Positions 1-9,635 of a stretch of 58,709 bases of DNA are shown here, piece by piece (the stretch's first letter is position 1; every line of letters begins with the position of its first letter). A program made the position numbers and the translations under genes. The notes under the pieces are model-generated. The model was not told the DNA's origin. It was given only the letters and a program-made list of their open reading frames with translations, and searched no databases. The stretch lies in NCBI GenBank assembly GCA_031285625.1, contig JAITVV010000058.1, positions 1-58,709 of the forward strand, read 5' to 3'. Source of the DNA: Prevotella sp. GTDB lineage: Bacteria > Bacteroidota > Bacteroidia > Bacteroidales > Dysgonomonadaceae.

Positions 1-107
1 GATTTTTTACCATCATACATTAAGTGGTTAACAAACTTTGTAACCTTTACATCACCGAAAACAGGATCCGGGAGGATCTGTCTTTTCTTTGGTTTTGCTT
101 TTCTCAT
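1..107 (-). CDS. rpsG: 30S ribosomal protein S7, 5' part (runs off the window)
   Basis: Not in the ORF track. Minus-strand ATG at 107 reads [35 protein letters not shown], the S7 N-terminus, directly downstream of rpsL. Confidence 0.95.
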   Translation of the reverse strand, partial: MRKAKPKKRQILPDPVFGDVKVTKFVNHLMYDGKK

Positions 108-269
108 TTTTTACTTAAAAATTTTGTTTTTGTTTTTGGTTGCCAATTTTCTGATGTCTTCAACGGTTCCGCCGAACCATTTACTCAACCCATATATAGC
201 CTATCCAATAAACTTAAACCGTTTTAATACTTAATTAAAAATCTCGGTTAAAGGGATTGCTTACGGGAA

Positions 270-680
270 TTATTTTTTCTTACCCTTAGCTGCAGCAGGT
301 GCTGCTCCCGGTTTAGGACGTTTTGCTCCGTATTTAGAGCGGCGTTGTGTACGACCATTTACTCCGGCAGTATCCAATGTACCACGAACGATGTGATAAC
401 GAACACCCGGAAGGTCTTTCACACGACCACCTCTAACTAATACAATCGAGTGCTCCTGCAAGTTATGTCCTTCTCCAGGAATATAAGCATTCACCTCTTT
501 TGTGTTTGTTAAACGTACACGTGCTACCTTACGCATCGCTGAGTTAGGTTTTTTAGGAGTAGTAGTATACACACGGATACAAACACCTCTGCGTTGAGGG
601 CATGCATCCAGTGCACGAGATTTACTCTTTTCAACCAAAACCGCCCGTCCTTTTCTTACTAATTGTTGAATTGTAGGCAT
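270..680 (-). CDS. rpsL: 30S ribosomal protein S12
   Basis: [39 protein letters not shown] signatures. Confidence 0.99.
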   Translation of the reverse strand: MPTIQQLVRKGRAVLVEKSKSRALDACPQRRGVCIRVYTTTPKKPNSAMRKVARVRLTNTKEVNAYIPGEGHNLQEHSIVLVRGGRVKDLPGVRYHIVRGTLDTAGVNGRTQRRSKYGAKRPKPGAAPAAAKGKKK

Positions 681-822
681 GTTGTTTTAATCTTTAGAAC
701 TTTAAATTCAATTTTTATTAATACAATTTTACTATTAAACAACACAAGAAATCGAAGTTATCCCAATGACAATCAATAAATTATCACCGAAACAAGCTTC
801 TTTTCATGCGTTATTCGGGTTG

Positions 823-830
823 CAAATGTA
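823..830 (-). promoter_or_regulatory. Bacteroidota sigma-A -7 box for the rpsL operon
   Basis: Minus strand TACATTTG matches TAnnTTTG, about 140 nt upstream of the rpsL ATG. Confidence 0.6.
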
Positions 831-1099
831 GACATAATCAGATAATTACGCAAATTAATAATTAAAAAAGTATCAAAAAAATCGCCTCTATACCTTTATA
901 GCTCAATATTTTTGGTTCAGGAGAATCATATTCTTCCGATTCTTGAATAATTTCTTATATTTGTTACACACAAAACTACAGATTAATGAAATATTTATTC
1001 TTATTTTCCCTTCTACCTTTATATATCTGCCGTCAAACGCAACACAAAAAACCTGTACTTAACGACATTACACTTTACAAACTTTAATATTTTATACTT

Positions 1100-2071
1100 G
1101 TGGAAAGAAATAATTTTTTTGATTCTTTAAAATTCATCTTAATTTTTTTAGTGGTTTTAGGACATGTAATGGAATATGAAATCTATGAGAACCATTTAAG
1201 ACTGACTGTATTTTCTTTTATTTACACTTTTCATATGCCCCTCTTTATTTTTATTTCAGGATATTTCTCAAAAAACCTGACATGGGAAAAATATAAAAAG
1301 AGCTTCGCATCCTTGGCGCTAACCTATGTTGTATTTCAGATATATTATCTGATACTCAGTCATATGTCGGGATCTCCTTTTGACCTGAAAGAAGCTATTC
1401 TTGTACCAAAAAATGTTTTATGGTATATTCTCGGCTTGTTGTTCTGGCGTTTCTTTTTCTGCTTTATACCAAAGCTAAAAATACCGTTCCCATTATTGCT
1501 AATTATCTCTATATTGATCTCTATTGCTTCATGTTTTTACAATAGCAGCAATGTACTCCTTAAGTTTATACACTTTTTCCCATTTTTTATTGCCGGTTAT
1601 TATTGTAGCTCCAATATTATCGAAAAAATAAGAAGTTGGAATAAGTTATATATATTAGGTATCTCTGCACTTATTTTTTGTGGATTATTTATCTTTGCAG
1701 ATAAGTGGCTTTTGTTTACTATTTTCGGGGATTTCCCCTATAGTTACTATCCCGAAGGATATAATGGTATAGCATTAAAATTGCTAACATACGTTTTGGG
1801 TGCTGTAATGTCGGTATGTGTAATCAATCTGGCTTCTGAAAGATTCTATAAACAAGGGACAAAAACGATGGCTATTTATTTATTGCATTCCACATATGTA
1901 TATTTTTACAGAATGGTGGGAGAATTCGAAGTACAGCCATGGTTTATCTTAATGGATTTTGTAGGGGCAGCGGCTATTGTGGCAGTGTGCTTATTGTTAT
2001 ATCGCATTAAGATTATTCAATATTGCACCAATCCTATTGAAATAGTGAGATTAATAAAGAATAAAATATAA
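1100..2071 (+). CDS. Acyltransferase family 3 membrane protein (OafA/YkrP-like O-acyltransferase)
   Basis: FDSLKFILIFLVVLGH, IYTFHMPLFIFISGYFSK and LWY motifs; about 10 TM segments. Confidence 0.85.
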   Translation: MERNNFFDSLKFILIFLVVLGHVMEYEIYENHLRLTVFSFIYTFHMPLFIFISGYFSKNLTWEKYKKSFASLALTYVVFQIYYLILSHMSGSPFDLKEAILVPKNVLWYILGLLFWRFFFCFIPKLKIPFPLLLIISILISIASCFYNSSNVLLKFIHFFPFFIAGYYCSSNIIEKIRSWNKLYILGISALIFCGLFIFADKWLLFTIFGDFPYSYYPEGYNGIALKLLTYVLGAVMSVCVINLASERFYKQGTKTMAIYLLHSTYVYFYRMVGEFEVQPWFILMDFVGAAAIVAVCLLLYRIKIIQYCTNPIEIVRLIKNKI

Positions 2072-3246
2072 TGAACTATCAAGAGAAATTATCGAAAGAC
2101 ATCGATTTACGGTGTCAGCGTCTACAAAATACAATGCAGTCAATGAATATAGAAGGTTGCATTCTTACTACTGCCGTGAATGTATTTTATATGACCGGCA
2201 TGGTATATAACGGCTATTTTTATCTACCGGCAGAGGGCAAACCTTTCCACTTTGTTAAACGCCCTGAAGATGTATCCTTTGACAATACAGTGTATATTCG
2301 TAAACCTGAGCAAATTACCGATGAACTAAAAAGCAGAAATATATCCATACCCAAATCACTACTGATGGAAACTGATGTCGTTTCCTATGGTGAATGCAGC
2401 CGGTTACTAAACACATTCGCTCTGAAAGAAGCAGCTAATGCTTCTGTTGTAATGCGTAAGATCCGTAGTATAAAAACTTCATTTGAGCTGGAACAGATTA
2501 GAATCTGTGCTCATAAACATGAGGCTGTATATAAAATGATCCCATCTGTTTATCAACCGGGAATGACGGATATAGAACTTCAGATAGAGATAGAGCGGCT
2601 GATGCGGCAACACGATTCTTTAGGCATATTCCGTAGCTATGGAGAAAATATGGATATCTATATGGGAAGCCTTCTTGTCGGTAAAAATGCAGAGGCTCCG
2701 TCACCATTTGATTTTGCATTGGGTGGTGCAGGCACAAGCCCTATCCTGCCTTTGGGCGCATCAGGGGAGAAAATAAAGCAAGGCGATACTATCATGGTGG
2801 ATATGGCTGGTAATTATACCCCATGGATGACAGATATGACCCGTGTGTTTTCGGTAGGGAAAACGCTCGATCTGGCATATCGTGCTCATCAGGTATCTAT
2901 TGATATAAATAACCATATTATGGATATAGCTAAGCCAGGTATTAGTTGTGCCGAACTGTATAATATATCGATGGAAATGGTTGTAAAAAGCAATATGGAA
3001 GCATACTTTATGGGAACGAAACAACAGGCAAAATTTGTAGGACATGGGGTCGGGCTGGAGATAAATGAACCTCCTGTATTAACTCCACGTTCTAAAGAAC
3101 TGCTTGAACCGAATATAGTATTTGCTCTCGAACCCAAGTTTGTGATACCGGAAGTAGGCGCTATCGGTATTGAGAATACTTATCTGGTGACAAATGATGG
3201 TATTGAAAAGCTAACAATACTGGAAGAGCAGATAATTGAGCTATAA
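2071..3246 (+). CDS. M24 family Xaa-Pro aminopeptidase/dipeptidase
   Basis: Metal-ligand motifs VDMAG, TDMTR, GHGVGLEINE, LEP, GIEN. Confidence 0.9.
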   Translation: MNYQEKLSKDIDLRCQRLQNTMQSMNIEGCILTTAVNVFYMTGMVYNGYFYLPAEGKPFHFVKRPEDVSFDNTVYIRKPEQITDELKSRNISIPKSLLMETDVVSYGECSRLLNTFALKEAANASVVMRKIRSIKTSFELEQIRICAHKHEAVYKMIPSVYQPGMTDIELQIEIERLMRQHDSLGIFRSYGENMDIYMGSLLVGKNAEAPSPFDFALGGAGTSPILPLGASGEKIKQGDTIMVDMAGNYTPWMTDMTRVFSVGKTLDLAYRAHQVSIDINNHIMDIAKPGISCAELYNISMEMVVKSNMEAYFMGTKQQAKFVGHGVGLEINEPPVLTPRSKELLEPNIVFALEPKFVIPEVGAIGIENTYLVTNDGIEKLTILEEQIIEL

Positions 3247-3252
3247 TTTAAG

Positions 3253-3672
3253 ATGAAGGAACTTCGGGATTATTGTTTTTATACACCAATAGTCGTGCTG
3301 ATTCTCAGCATCATACTTTCGGTGGTATTAATGGTGATTGTTGGAGTTACTGGAGACCTGCTTCCTTATTGGTTTCAACCAAAGCCCGGTTTAATATTTT
3401 ATGCGATGCTATTTGAGAATGCTATGTTTTCAATTTTTTCATGTACAGTAATATTAAACACATTTAAATTTGTACGGGATAGTATCTGGCTTTCATTTAT
3501 AACTTTTTTCTGGCCGGTTCTTTTCTTTTATATAGCGATATTACTAAATTTAGATCATCCTGACGCAGGATTCAGCCTGCTCATTCCATTAGCCTTTGTT
3601 ATTCCTCAGGCATATTCTTTTTTTATATTCCATAAGAGGTTGAGATCAGGGTATTTTGATGAAGATTTGTAA
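3253..3672 (+). CDS. Hypothetical membrane protein (about 4 TM)
   Basis: 139-aa hydrophobic ORF starting 6 nt after the peptidase stop. Confidence 0.65.
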   Translation: MKELRDYCFYTPIVVLILSIILSVVLMVIVGVTGDLLPYWFQPKPGLIFYAMLFENAMFSIFSCTVILNTFKFVRDSIWLSFITFFWPVLFFYIAILLNLDHPDAGFSLLIPLAFVIPQAYSFFIFHKRLRSGYFDEDL

Positions 3673-3708
3673 TATGTTTTATCTAATATAGAAGTATTAG
3701 CTTGTTCT

Positions 3709-3758
3709 AAGTGATAAATAAAAGTATCTAGAAAGTGTTACTTTTGTCACTTTTTGAT
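3709..3758 (+). repeat. Dispersed TGTYAC element, copy A (left arm)
   Basis: AAGTGATA-19nt-TGTTACTTTTGTCACTTTTTGAT; aligns with copies B-E. Confidence 0.75.
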
Positions 3759-3853
3759 ATTAATTATTAATATGAATATTCTTCCTTTTGTATTAGCTTT
3801 AATTTATATTTTTACAGTAAATAGGATGAATAAACTTTAGAGTAATTTTAGAT

Positions 3854-3915
3854 AAAAGGTAACAAATAAAACCTTCCGAAAAGTGTTACTTTTGTTACCT
3901 TTGTCACTTTTTGAT
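3854..3915 (+). repeat. Dispersed TGTYAC element, copy B, overlapping the probable folP promoter
   Basis: AAAAGGTAACA-19nt-TGTTACTTTTGTTACCTTTGTCACTTTTTGAT; contains TACTTTTG and TACCTTTG (TAnnTTTG); ends 9 nt before the folP ATG. Confidence 0.85.
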
Positions 3916-3924
3916 CTTACAAGA

Positions 3925-4764
3925 ATGAAAACAATTAATATAAAAGGTGAGTTGCTGGACCTGTCACAGCCTCTGGTAATGGGAATATTGAATATTACTC
4001 CGGATTCCTTCTTTGCCGGTAGCCGCAAGCAGAGCGAGCAGGAAATCATTACCCGTGTAGGTGAGATCCTGGCACAAGGAGGCAGGATTATCGATATCGG
4101 TGCGCAATCTACACGTCCTTCTTCCACCCTATTGTCTTCCTCTGAAGAAATCGAGCGGCTTAAATTTGCACTGGGAATAATCAATAGAGAGTTTCCTGAT
4201 GTAATTCTTTCAGTGGATACGTTCTATGGAGATGTTGCCCGGTTTTGTGTCGAAGAACAAGGAGTGGCTATAATAAATGATATATCCGGAGGTGAAATGG
4301 ATAAAACGATGTTTGATGTTGCAGCCCGGCTGAATGTCCCCTATGTACTTATGCATATGCGCGGTACTCCTCAAACAATGAAAGATCTAACAGATTATGA
4401 CCACCTTATTCAGGATATATTCTATTACTTCTCTCAAAAAGTAGCGGAATTACATTTAAAAGGAGTTAATGATATAATTATCGATCCCGGATTCGGATTT
4501 AGTAAAACAATAGAGCAAAATTATGAATTAATGGCTTCACTGCGGGGCTTCTCTATTTTCGAACTTCCACTATTGGTCGGCATATCAAGAAAGCGAATGA
4601 TATATAACCTTACCGGTTCCATTGCAGACGAAAGCCTGAACGGAACTACTGTACTAAATACATTTGCACTTCAAAACGGAGCTGATATACTAAGGGTTCA
4701 TGATGTAAAAGAAGCTGTTGAAGCCATCAAAATAGTTAGCAAACTGAAAGAATACAACTTCTGA
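3925..4764 (+). CDS. folP: Dihydropteroate synthase
   Basis: VMGILNITPDSF, IDIGAQSTRP, IDPGFGFSK, GISRKR, ILRVHDV; start moved to ATG 3925 (MKTINIKG). Confidence 0.97.
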   Translation: MKTINIKGELLDLSQPLVMGILNITPDSFFAGSRKQSEQEIITRVGEILAQGGRIIDIGAQSTRPSSTLLSSSEEIERLKFALGIINREFPDVILSVDTFYGDVARFCVEEQGVAIINDISGGEMDKTMFDVAARLNVPYVLMHMRGTPQTMKDLTDYDHLIQDIFYYFSQKVAELHLKGVNDIIIDPGFGFSKTIEQNYELMASLRGFSIFELPLLVGISRKRMIYNLTGSIADESLNGTTVLNTFALQNGADILRVHDVKEAVEAIKIVSKLKEYNF

Positions 4765-6159
4765 CTATTGCGGGCTGATCCGCTTAAAGCGCTCCATCGT
4801 ATTTAGTACGGCATCAACATATTGGATTGTTTGCCCGGCTCGGAAGTAGCCGCTTTTGCATACAGGATCGTTATAATATTCGGGGTTTCCTTTCAGTTCG
4901 AGATATTTCTTTACATTCCCTTCCCATACATAAGGGTTAGCTCCATATTTTTCAGCCAATGCCTGAGCATCATTAATATGACCATTCCCTGCATTATAGG
5001 CGGCAAGTAAAAACTTCTCACGTTCTTTTATATCATTTATTCTTCTGAATATTTTATCCAGACGGTCTAATAATTCTACTGCTGCGCCTATACTCAAGTC
5101 CGGATTCATCCGGTCCTCACTGGTTAAACCAAGAGAGGCTGCTGTACGTGGCATCAGCCCCATGATCCCGGCAGCACCGGCCCATGATGTAAGGTTATTC
5201 TGGAAACGGGATTCATGATAACATATCGCAGCTAAAAAATGCCACTCATATTTGGTATTTTTTGCATGCTTCCTGAACAGCTCATCATAGACTGAAACCG
5301 CTCCTTTAGGCAGATTTTTAGGAACCTCATAGTCGCCTTCAAATGGGAGTTTGCTTAGTTCAAAGTATTTCTTGGTAATGCTTTTATATACGGGGGTGTT
5401 ATCATTTTCAGCAAACCATTCATCTAATGCTTTTGCCAATAATGGAGTGTCTTTTCTCACAGCCCATGATGCCCGCTGATCAAAGCTGACAGGTAGGGAT
5501 ATGTCAATGTTCCTATAATAGGTACGGTTAAGTTTAGCGATGTATTCGTCACATATAGTATATTTTATCTTACCTAAGGATACCATTTCAATGAGGTCTT
5601 CACTTGTAATGGTATCTTCGTTTACCGGATGTATCTTTATTCCTCCGCCTAGTTCTGCATTAAGGTTTAATAGACGTTGGTGATACTTCGTATTTTCTTC
5701 AACATATACTTCTTTACCTAAAAGTTCCGGAACGTCTTTAATAATGGTATCTCCCTTGTTTGCAGATTGCACAAGAATTTGATGAGTGATTTGTCCTAAC
5801 CCTGCATAAGTAATTGAATCTTTCAGCTCATTTTGTATTGGCACTGCAAAAGCAACGAGATCACCCTCTCCCTTTCCCAGCATCTCCAGAAGCTTAGTTG
5901 CACTCTCCGCAACTTTTACATTCAGTTTGAGTCCATAATGATCACAGAAGTCCTGTGCCAAATCATAGTCATAGCCCATCGGCTCTTCTTTATAAATGAA
6001 GTAGGAGGTGGAGCTATTGAGTGTAATAATGGTTAACTCACCCTTAGCCTTGATCTGTTCAAAGTCATACGCCTCTTTCTCAACCTTCTTCTTGCAGGAA
6101 AAGAGAAAGCCGAAACACAGCAAAAGATAGATATAATGATACTTCCTTATGTCTTTCAT
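4765..6159 (-). CDS. mltF: MltF-like lytic transglycosylase lipoprotein (substrate-binding domain plus SLT domain)
   Basis: Lipobox LFSC; PMGYDYDLA; SLT motifs HESRF, AAGIMGLMP, AAYNAG. Confidence 0.85.
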   Translation of the reverse strand: MKDIRKYHYIYLLLCFGFLFSCKKKVEKEAYDFEQIKAKGELTIITLNSSTSYFIYKEEPMGYDYDLAQDFCDHYGLKLNVKVAESATKLLEMLGKGEGDLVAFAVPIQNELKDSITYAGLGQITHQILVQSANKGDTIIKDVPELLGKEVYVEENTKYHQRLLNLNAELGGGIKIHPVNEDTITSEDLIEMVSLGKIKYTICDEYIAKLNRTYYRNIDISLPVSFDQRASWAVRKDTPLLAKALDEWFAENDNTPVYKSITKKYFELSKLPFEGDYEVPKNLPKGAVSVYDELFRKHAKNTKYEWHFLAAICYHESRFQNNLTSWAGAAGIMGLMPRTAASLGLTSEDRMNPDLSIGAAVELLDRLDKIFRRINDIKEREKFLLAAYNAGNGHINDAQALAEKYGANPYVWEGNVKKYLELKGNPEYYNDPVCKSGYFRAGQTIQYVDAVLNTMERFKRISPQ

Positions 6160-6230
6160 ATAGTTGCAAGTTATGTTTATAATAAGGTCAATTACTTATC
6201 TGAGACTAATCAAGTAGCGTTTTCTAAAGA

Positions 6231-6267
6231 GAATCAGGGTAAAACACAGAATGCTTAACCCTGATTC
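6231..6267. terminator. Stem-loop downstream of the flavin oxidoreductase gene
   Basis: GAATCAGGGT...ACCCTGATTC 10-bp inverted repeat. Confidence 0.55.
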
Positions 6268-6288
6268 ATATTTGCCAACTTCAGCTGG

Positions 6289-7239
6289 TCAGAATTTAGA
6301 GTCGTTTGACATTTCTTCTTTCCGTCTGTTATATTCTTCAATAACACTATCTATCACGTTTGCAGCAGAAGGCAGGTCATTTATTAATGAACTTATCTGG
6401 CCTATTTCAAGCTCTCCTTCAGATAAGTCACCTTCAAAGATTCCTTTTTTAGAACGCCCTCGTCCAAGTATTTCACGTATTTCGTCAGCTGCGGCACCTC
6501 TGTCCTCTGCAGCTTGTATTGTATTATAGAAGTCATTCTTAACAAGCCGGGTCGGGCTCAGTTTTTTTAACGAAAGTATTGTATCTCCTTCTTTTAGGTT
6601 GATACATAATTCTTTGAACTCTTGAGAAGCAGAACTCTCTTGTGTGAGGGCAAAACGTGAACCCATCTGTATCCCTTCTGCTCCAAGGGCAAAGGCAGCC
6701 AACATTCCACTTCCGGTACCAATGCCACCGGCAGCAATGAGAGGGATAGACAGACTTTTTCTTACCTGAGGAATAAGCACCATTGTTGATGTTTCTTCAC
6801 GGCCATTGTGACCTCCTGCTTCAAAACCTTCTGCAACTACAGCATCAACCCCTGTCTCCTCACACTTTAGTGCGAATTTAGAACTGGAAACAACATGTGC
6901 TACTGTGATGCCATTTTCCTGTAGTTTTTTTGTCCATGTTTTAGGATTCCCGGCAGATGTGAAAACTATTTTTACTCCTTCCGAAATGATGATATCCATA
7001 ATAGTATCTATCTCGGGATACATCAAGGGTACATTTACCCCAAACGGTTTATCAGTTGCAGCTTTACATTTCTGTATATGCTCCCGTAAAACTTCGGGAT
7101 GCATAGATCCTGCTCCGATAAGTCCCAGCCCCCCTGCATTACTAACCGCTGAGGCCAGTCTCCAGCCACTGCACCAAACCATTCCCCCCGATATAATCGG
7201 ATATTTAATTCCAAATAAGGACGTTACTCTATTGCTCAT
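6289..7239 (-). CDS. Nitronate monooxygenase / FabK-like flavin oxidoreductase
   Basis: YPIISGGM, AVSNAGGLG, AEGFEAGGH, IAAGGIG, GIQMGSRF; start taken at MSNRVTSLF. Confidence 0.9.
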   Translation of the reverse strand: MSNRVTSLFGIKYPIISGGMVWCSGWRLASAVSNAGGLGLIGAGSMHPEVLREHIQKCKAATDKPFGVNVPLMYPEIDTIMDIIISEGVKIVFTSAGNPKTWTKKLQENGITVAHVVSSSKFALKCEETGVDAVVAEGFEAGGHNGREETSTMVLIPQVRKSLSIPLIAAGGIGTGSGMLAAFALGAEGIQMGSRFALTQESSASQEFKELCINLKEGDTILSLKKLSPTRLVKNDFYNTIQAAEDRGAAADEIREILGRGRSKKGIFEGDLSEGELEIGQISSLINDLPSAANVIDSVIEEYNRRKEEMSNDSKF

Positions 7240-7376
7240 TCTTTCAATTAATAATGTTATGTGTTGCAAATTTAGAAAAATATTGAGAATAATCTTACTT
7301 TATCATTGAAAGGTGATTTTGTTTTCTTTCCGAATAGTGTATATTTGAATTTTGATAATCATGAAATCTCTGTATT

Positions 7377-8279
7377 ATGATAAATATGAATTCGACTACT
7401 AAAATCTGGGTATTTTGTTTTCTTACCATTATAGTATTTGCTTGCTCTAACAAGTCTGAAAAAGACGGTGAATGGGATATTTTACTGGATAACGACCTTT
7501 CCAAATGGAATATGTATCTGAGTTATGAAATGAAGAACGGATATAAAGGAAATATTCCTGTTGATATGAATGGAGATACAATACGCCCAATAGGTTATGA
7601 TAATAACTATAAAAATGTATTTACTGTTATTGAAGATAATGGAGAACCGGTTTTAAGAATAAGCGGAGAGGTGTACGGCTGCATTTTTACAAAAGAGGAT
7701 TACCGGAACTATCACCTCAGATTGAAAATGAAATGGGGAAATAAGAAATGGGAACCACGGCTGGAAAAGGCTTTTGATTCAGGTATACTCTATCATTCAC
7801 AGGGGAAGTGTGGTGCCGATTATTGGCGCACATGGATGACAAGTCATGAGTTTCAATTGATAGAAACAAGTGAAGAAGGAAATAGTGGGGACTACTGGTG
7901 TATCGGGCAAACCCGCATGGATGTTCGTGCCCGTAAAGATTCAGCTAAAATGATATTCGATAATAATGCATCTGTTGTTTCTATTGGAGCCGGTATGCCG
8001 GATGGCTATTACTGCGCTGCTGATGGTACTATCGAAAAGCCTAAAGACGAATGGAATGATATCGAACTTATCTGCTACGAAGGTAAAAGTTTACATATTG
8101 TTAACGGAAAAGTAGTAATGGCCTTGTCAAACCTCCGATATGTAGAAAGCGGCATTGAGAAGCCTTTAGATGAAGGGAAAATCCAATTGCAAAGCGAAGC
8201 CGGAGAAGCTTTCTATAAAGATATAAAGATTAAAATGATAGAAGAACTTCCAGCTGATTATCAGCAATATTTTGATTAA
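7377..8279 (+). CDS. DUF1080 / 3-keto-disaccharide hydrolase-like lipoprotein
   Basis: Lipobox FACS; NYHLRLKMKWG, DSGILY, EFQL, EWN, GKIQLQSE, YKDIKI. Confidence 0.85.
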   Translation: MINMNSTTKIWVFCFLTIIVFACSNKSEKDGEWDILLDNDLSKWNMYLSYEMKNGYKGNIPVDMNGDTIRPIGYDNNYKNVFTVIEDNGEPVLRISGEVYGCIFTKEDYRNYHLRLKMKWGNKKWEPRLEKAFDSGILYHSQGKCGADYWRTWMTSHEFQLIETSEEGNSGDYWCIGQTRMDVRARKDSAKMIFDNNASVVSIGAGMPDGYYCAADGTIEKPKDEWNDIELICYEGKSLHIVNGKVVMALSNLRYVESGIEKPLDEGKIQLQSEAGEAFYKDIKIKMIEELPADYQQYFD

Positions 8280-8296
8280 GGAAAATCATTTCCTAT

Positions 8297-9415
8297 TCAT
8301 TTTTTCTTATATACCGTTTGTACTCTTTTATTGTTAAGTTCTATATTAAGGACAGATTGTAGATGTTCTTTTTTCTTCTTTCTATCAGTATAGGTTATTT
8401 CCTCCTTTACAGGTATTGAGATAAAGCAAATGCCTTTATTATCAAGTATTGCTTCAATGGAATCTGTTAAAGGGCTATAAAGAGTATTTTTTATTTTGTC
8501 TTTTTTCTGAGCCGCCTTTAAGGAATCCACTATATTTTTACTAATATACTGACTTGAAGTGTAAAACCTGAGAAGTGTGTCTGTAGATAACTTTTGTATC
8601 TCTTTACTGTTGTTAGCTGAAAGTGCCTTAAAAAATTCACTTACAATTTTCTTTACTTCATTCAACTCTTTTCCTTCAAGTGTTTTTAGCTGACTGAGAT
8701 AATCATACCTTTCTTGTGCCAAGCCCTGATATTCTCCGTTGAATCGTTCAAGCTTAACGTTCTCCAGGTAGGCTAGGTATGCATCTGCCGTATTGTCTTT
8801 CTTAGTCTTTAACCAGCCTAACGAATCTATTGCTTTCCTGATCTCCCTTATGTAAGGAGTATCGGGATGATCTGTAAGGTAGGCAAACAATGCATCCAGA
8901 TCATTCGAACTACGTAATTTCTCCCATGATTTACGCTCATTGTCGCGTAACTCTGTTATTTTACGATAAGCTTCTTCACTGAATTTTCCTTCCGGATATT
9001 GAACAAGGTACTTTGAATAGCCTAAAGGAGTATTATCTTCAATGCACCTGTTCCAGTAAGCAATTTCGGTTTCTTCGGTATTCTTATTTAGGACGCGTAT
9101 ATATGATCCTGTTGCACCTATCAGAATCAGGATAAATAATCCTATACCAAGAAAGATAAGCGACTTTTTATTCCTTTTGGAAAAGCTTTCGTACTTTATA
9201 TCCGTATTTTCTTGCTCATCAGCATTCAACTCTGTTTCGTCTGTAGTCCTTTCCTCCGCAACCTCATCTATTGGAGTAACGGACGATTCTTCATAGGCTA
9301 GTAGTTCTTCTGAATATGAATTATGGGCAATCTCCTGACAATCGCGACAGAATATCTCGTCTTCTTGTGTATCCTTTCCGCAGAGCGGACATTTGTTATT
9401 ATCGTTGTCAGACAT
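8297..9415 (-). CDS. Hypothetical membrane-anchored protein with N-terminal zinc ribbon
   Basis: CPLCG...FCRDC, acidic linker, one TM, then YLxxYP-type helical repeats. Confidence 0.75.
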   Translation of the reverse strand: MSDNDNNKCPLCGKDTQEDEIFCRDCQEIAHNSYSEELLAYEESSVTPIDEVAEERTTDETELNADEQENTDIKYESFSKRNKKSLIFLGIGLFILILIGATGSYIRVLNKNTEETEIAYWNRCIEDNTPLGYSKYLVQYPEGKFSEEAYRKITELRDNERKSWEKLRSSNDLDALFAYLTDHPDTPYIREIRKAIDSLGWLKTKKDNTADAYLAYLENVKLERFNGEYQGLAQERYDYLSQLKTLEGKELNEVKKIVSEFFKALSANNSKEIQKLSTDTLLRFYTSSQYISKNIVDSLKAAQKKDKIKNTLYSPLTDSIEAILDNKGICFISIPVKEEITYTDRKKKKEHLQSVLNIELNNKRVQTVYKKK

Positions 9416-9635
9416 ATATAATCTGTTTTATATGTTTATTATTTGATAAAACAATCATTTTGATTAATTGTTTCTTATCATTCGAATCCTTTTATTTATA
9501 TTTAAAAGTTCTTATGCAGATAGGAATTAGGATAAGTTGTACTAATTTACAGAACTTTTTTAATAATTGTCTGTTTTATAGTGAATAATTTGACACTCTA
9601 CAAACTTACATAATTTTGCACAATAAATTAAAGTT

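Noticed and set aside
3709-3915. CRISPR array or integron attC array
   Set aside because: Only two imperfect adjacent copies about 145 bp apart, the others are dispersed, and there are no cas or integrase genes.
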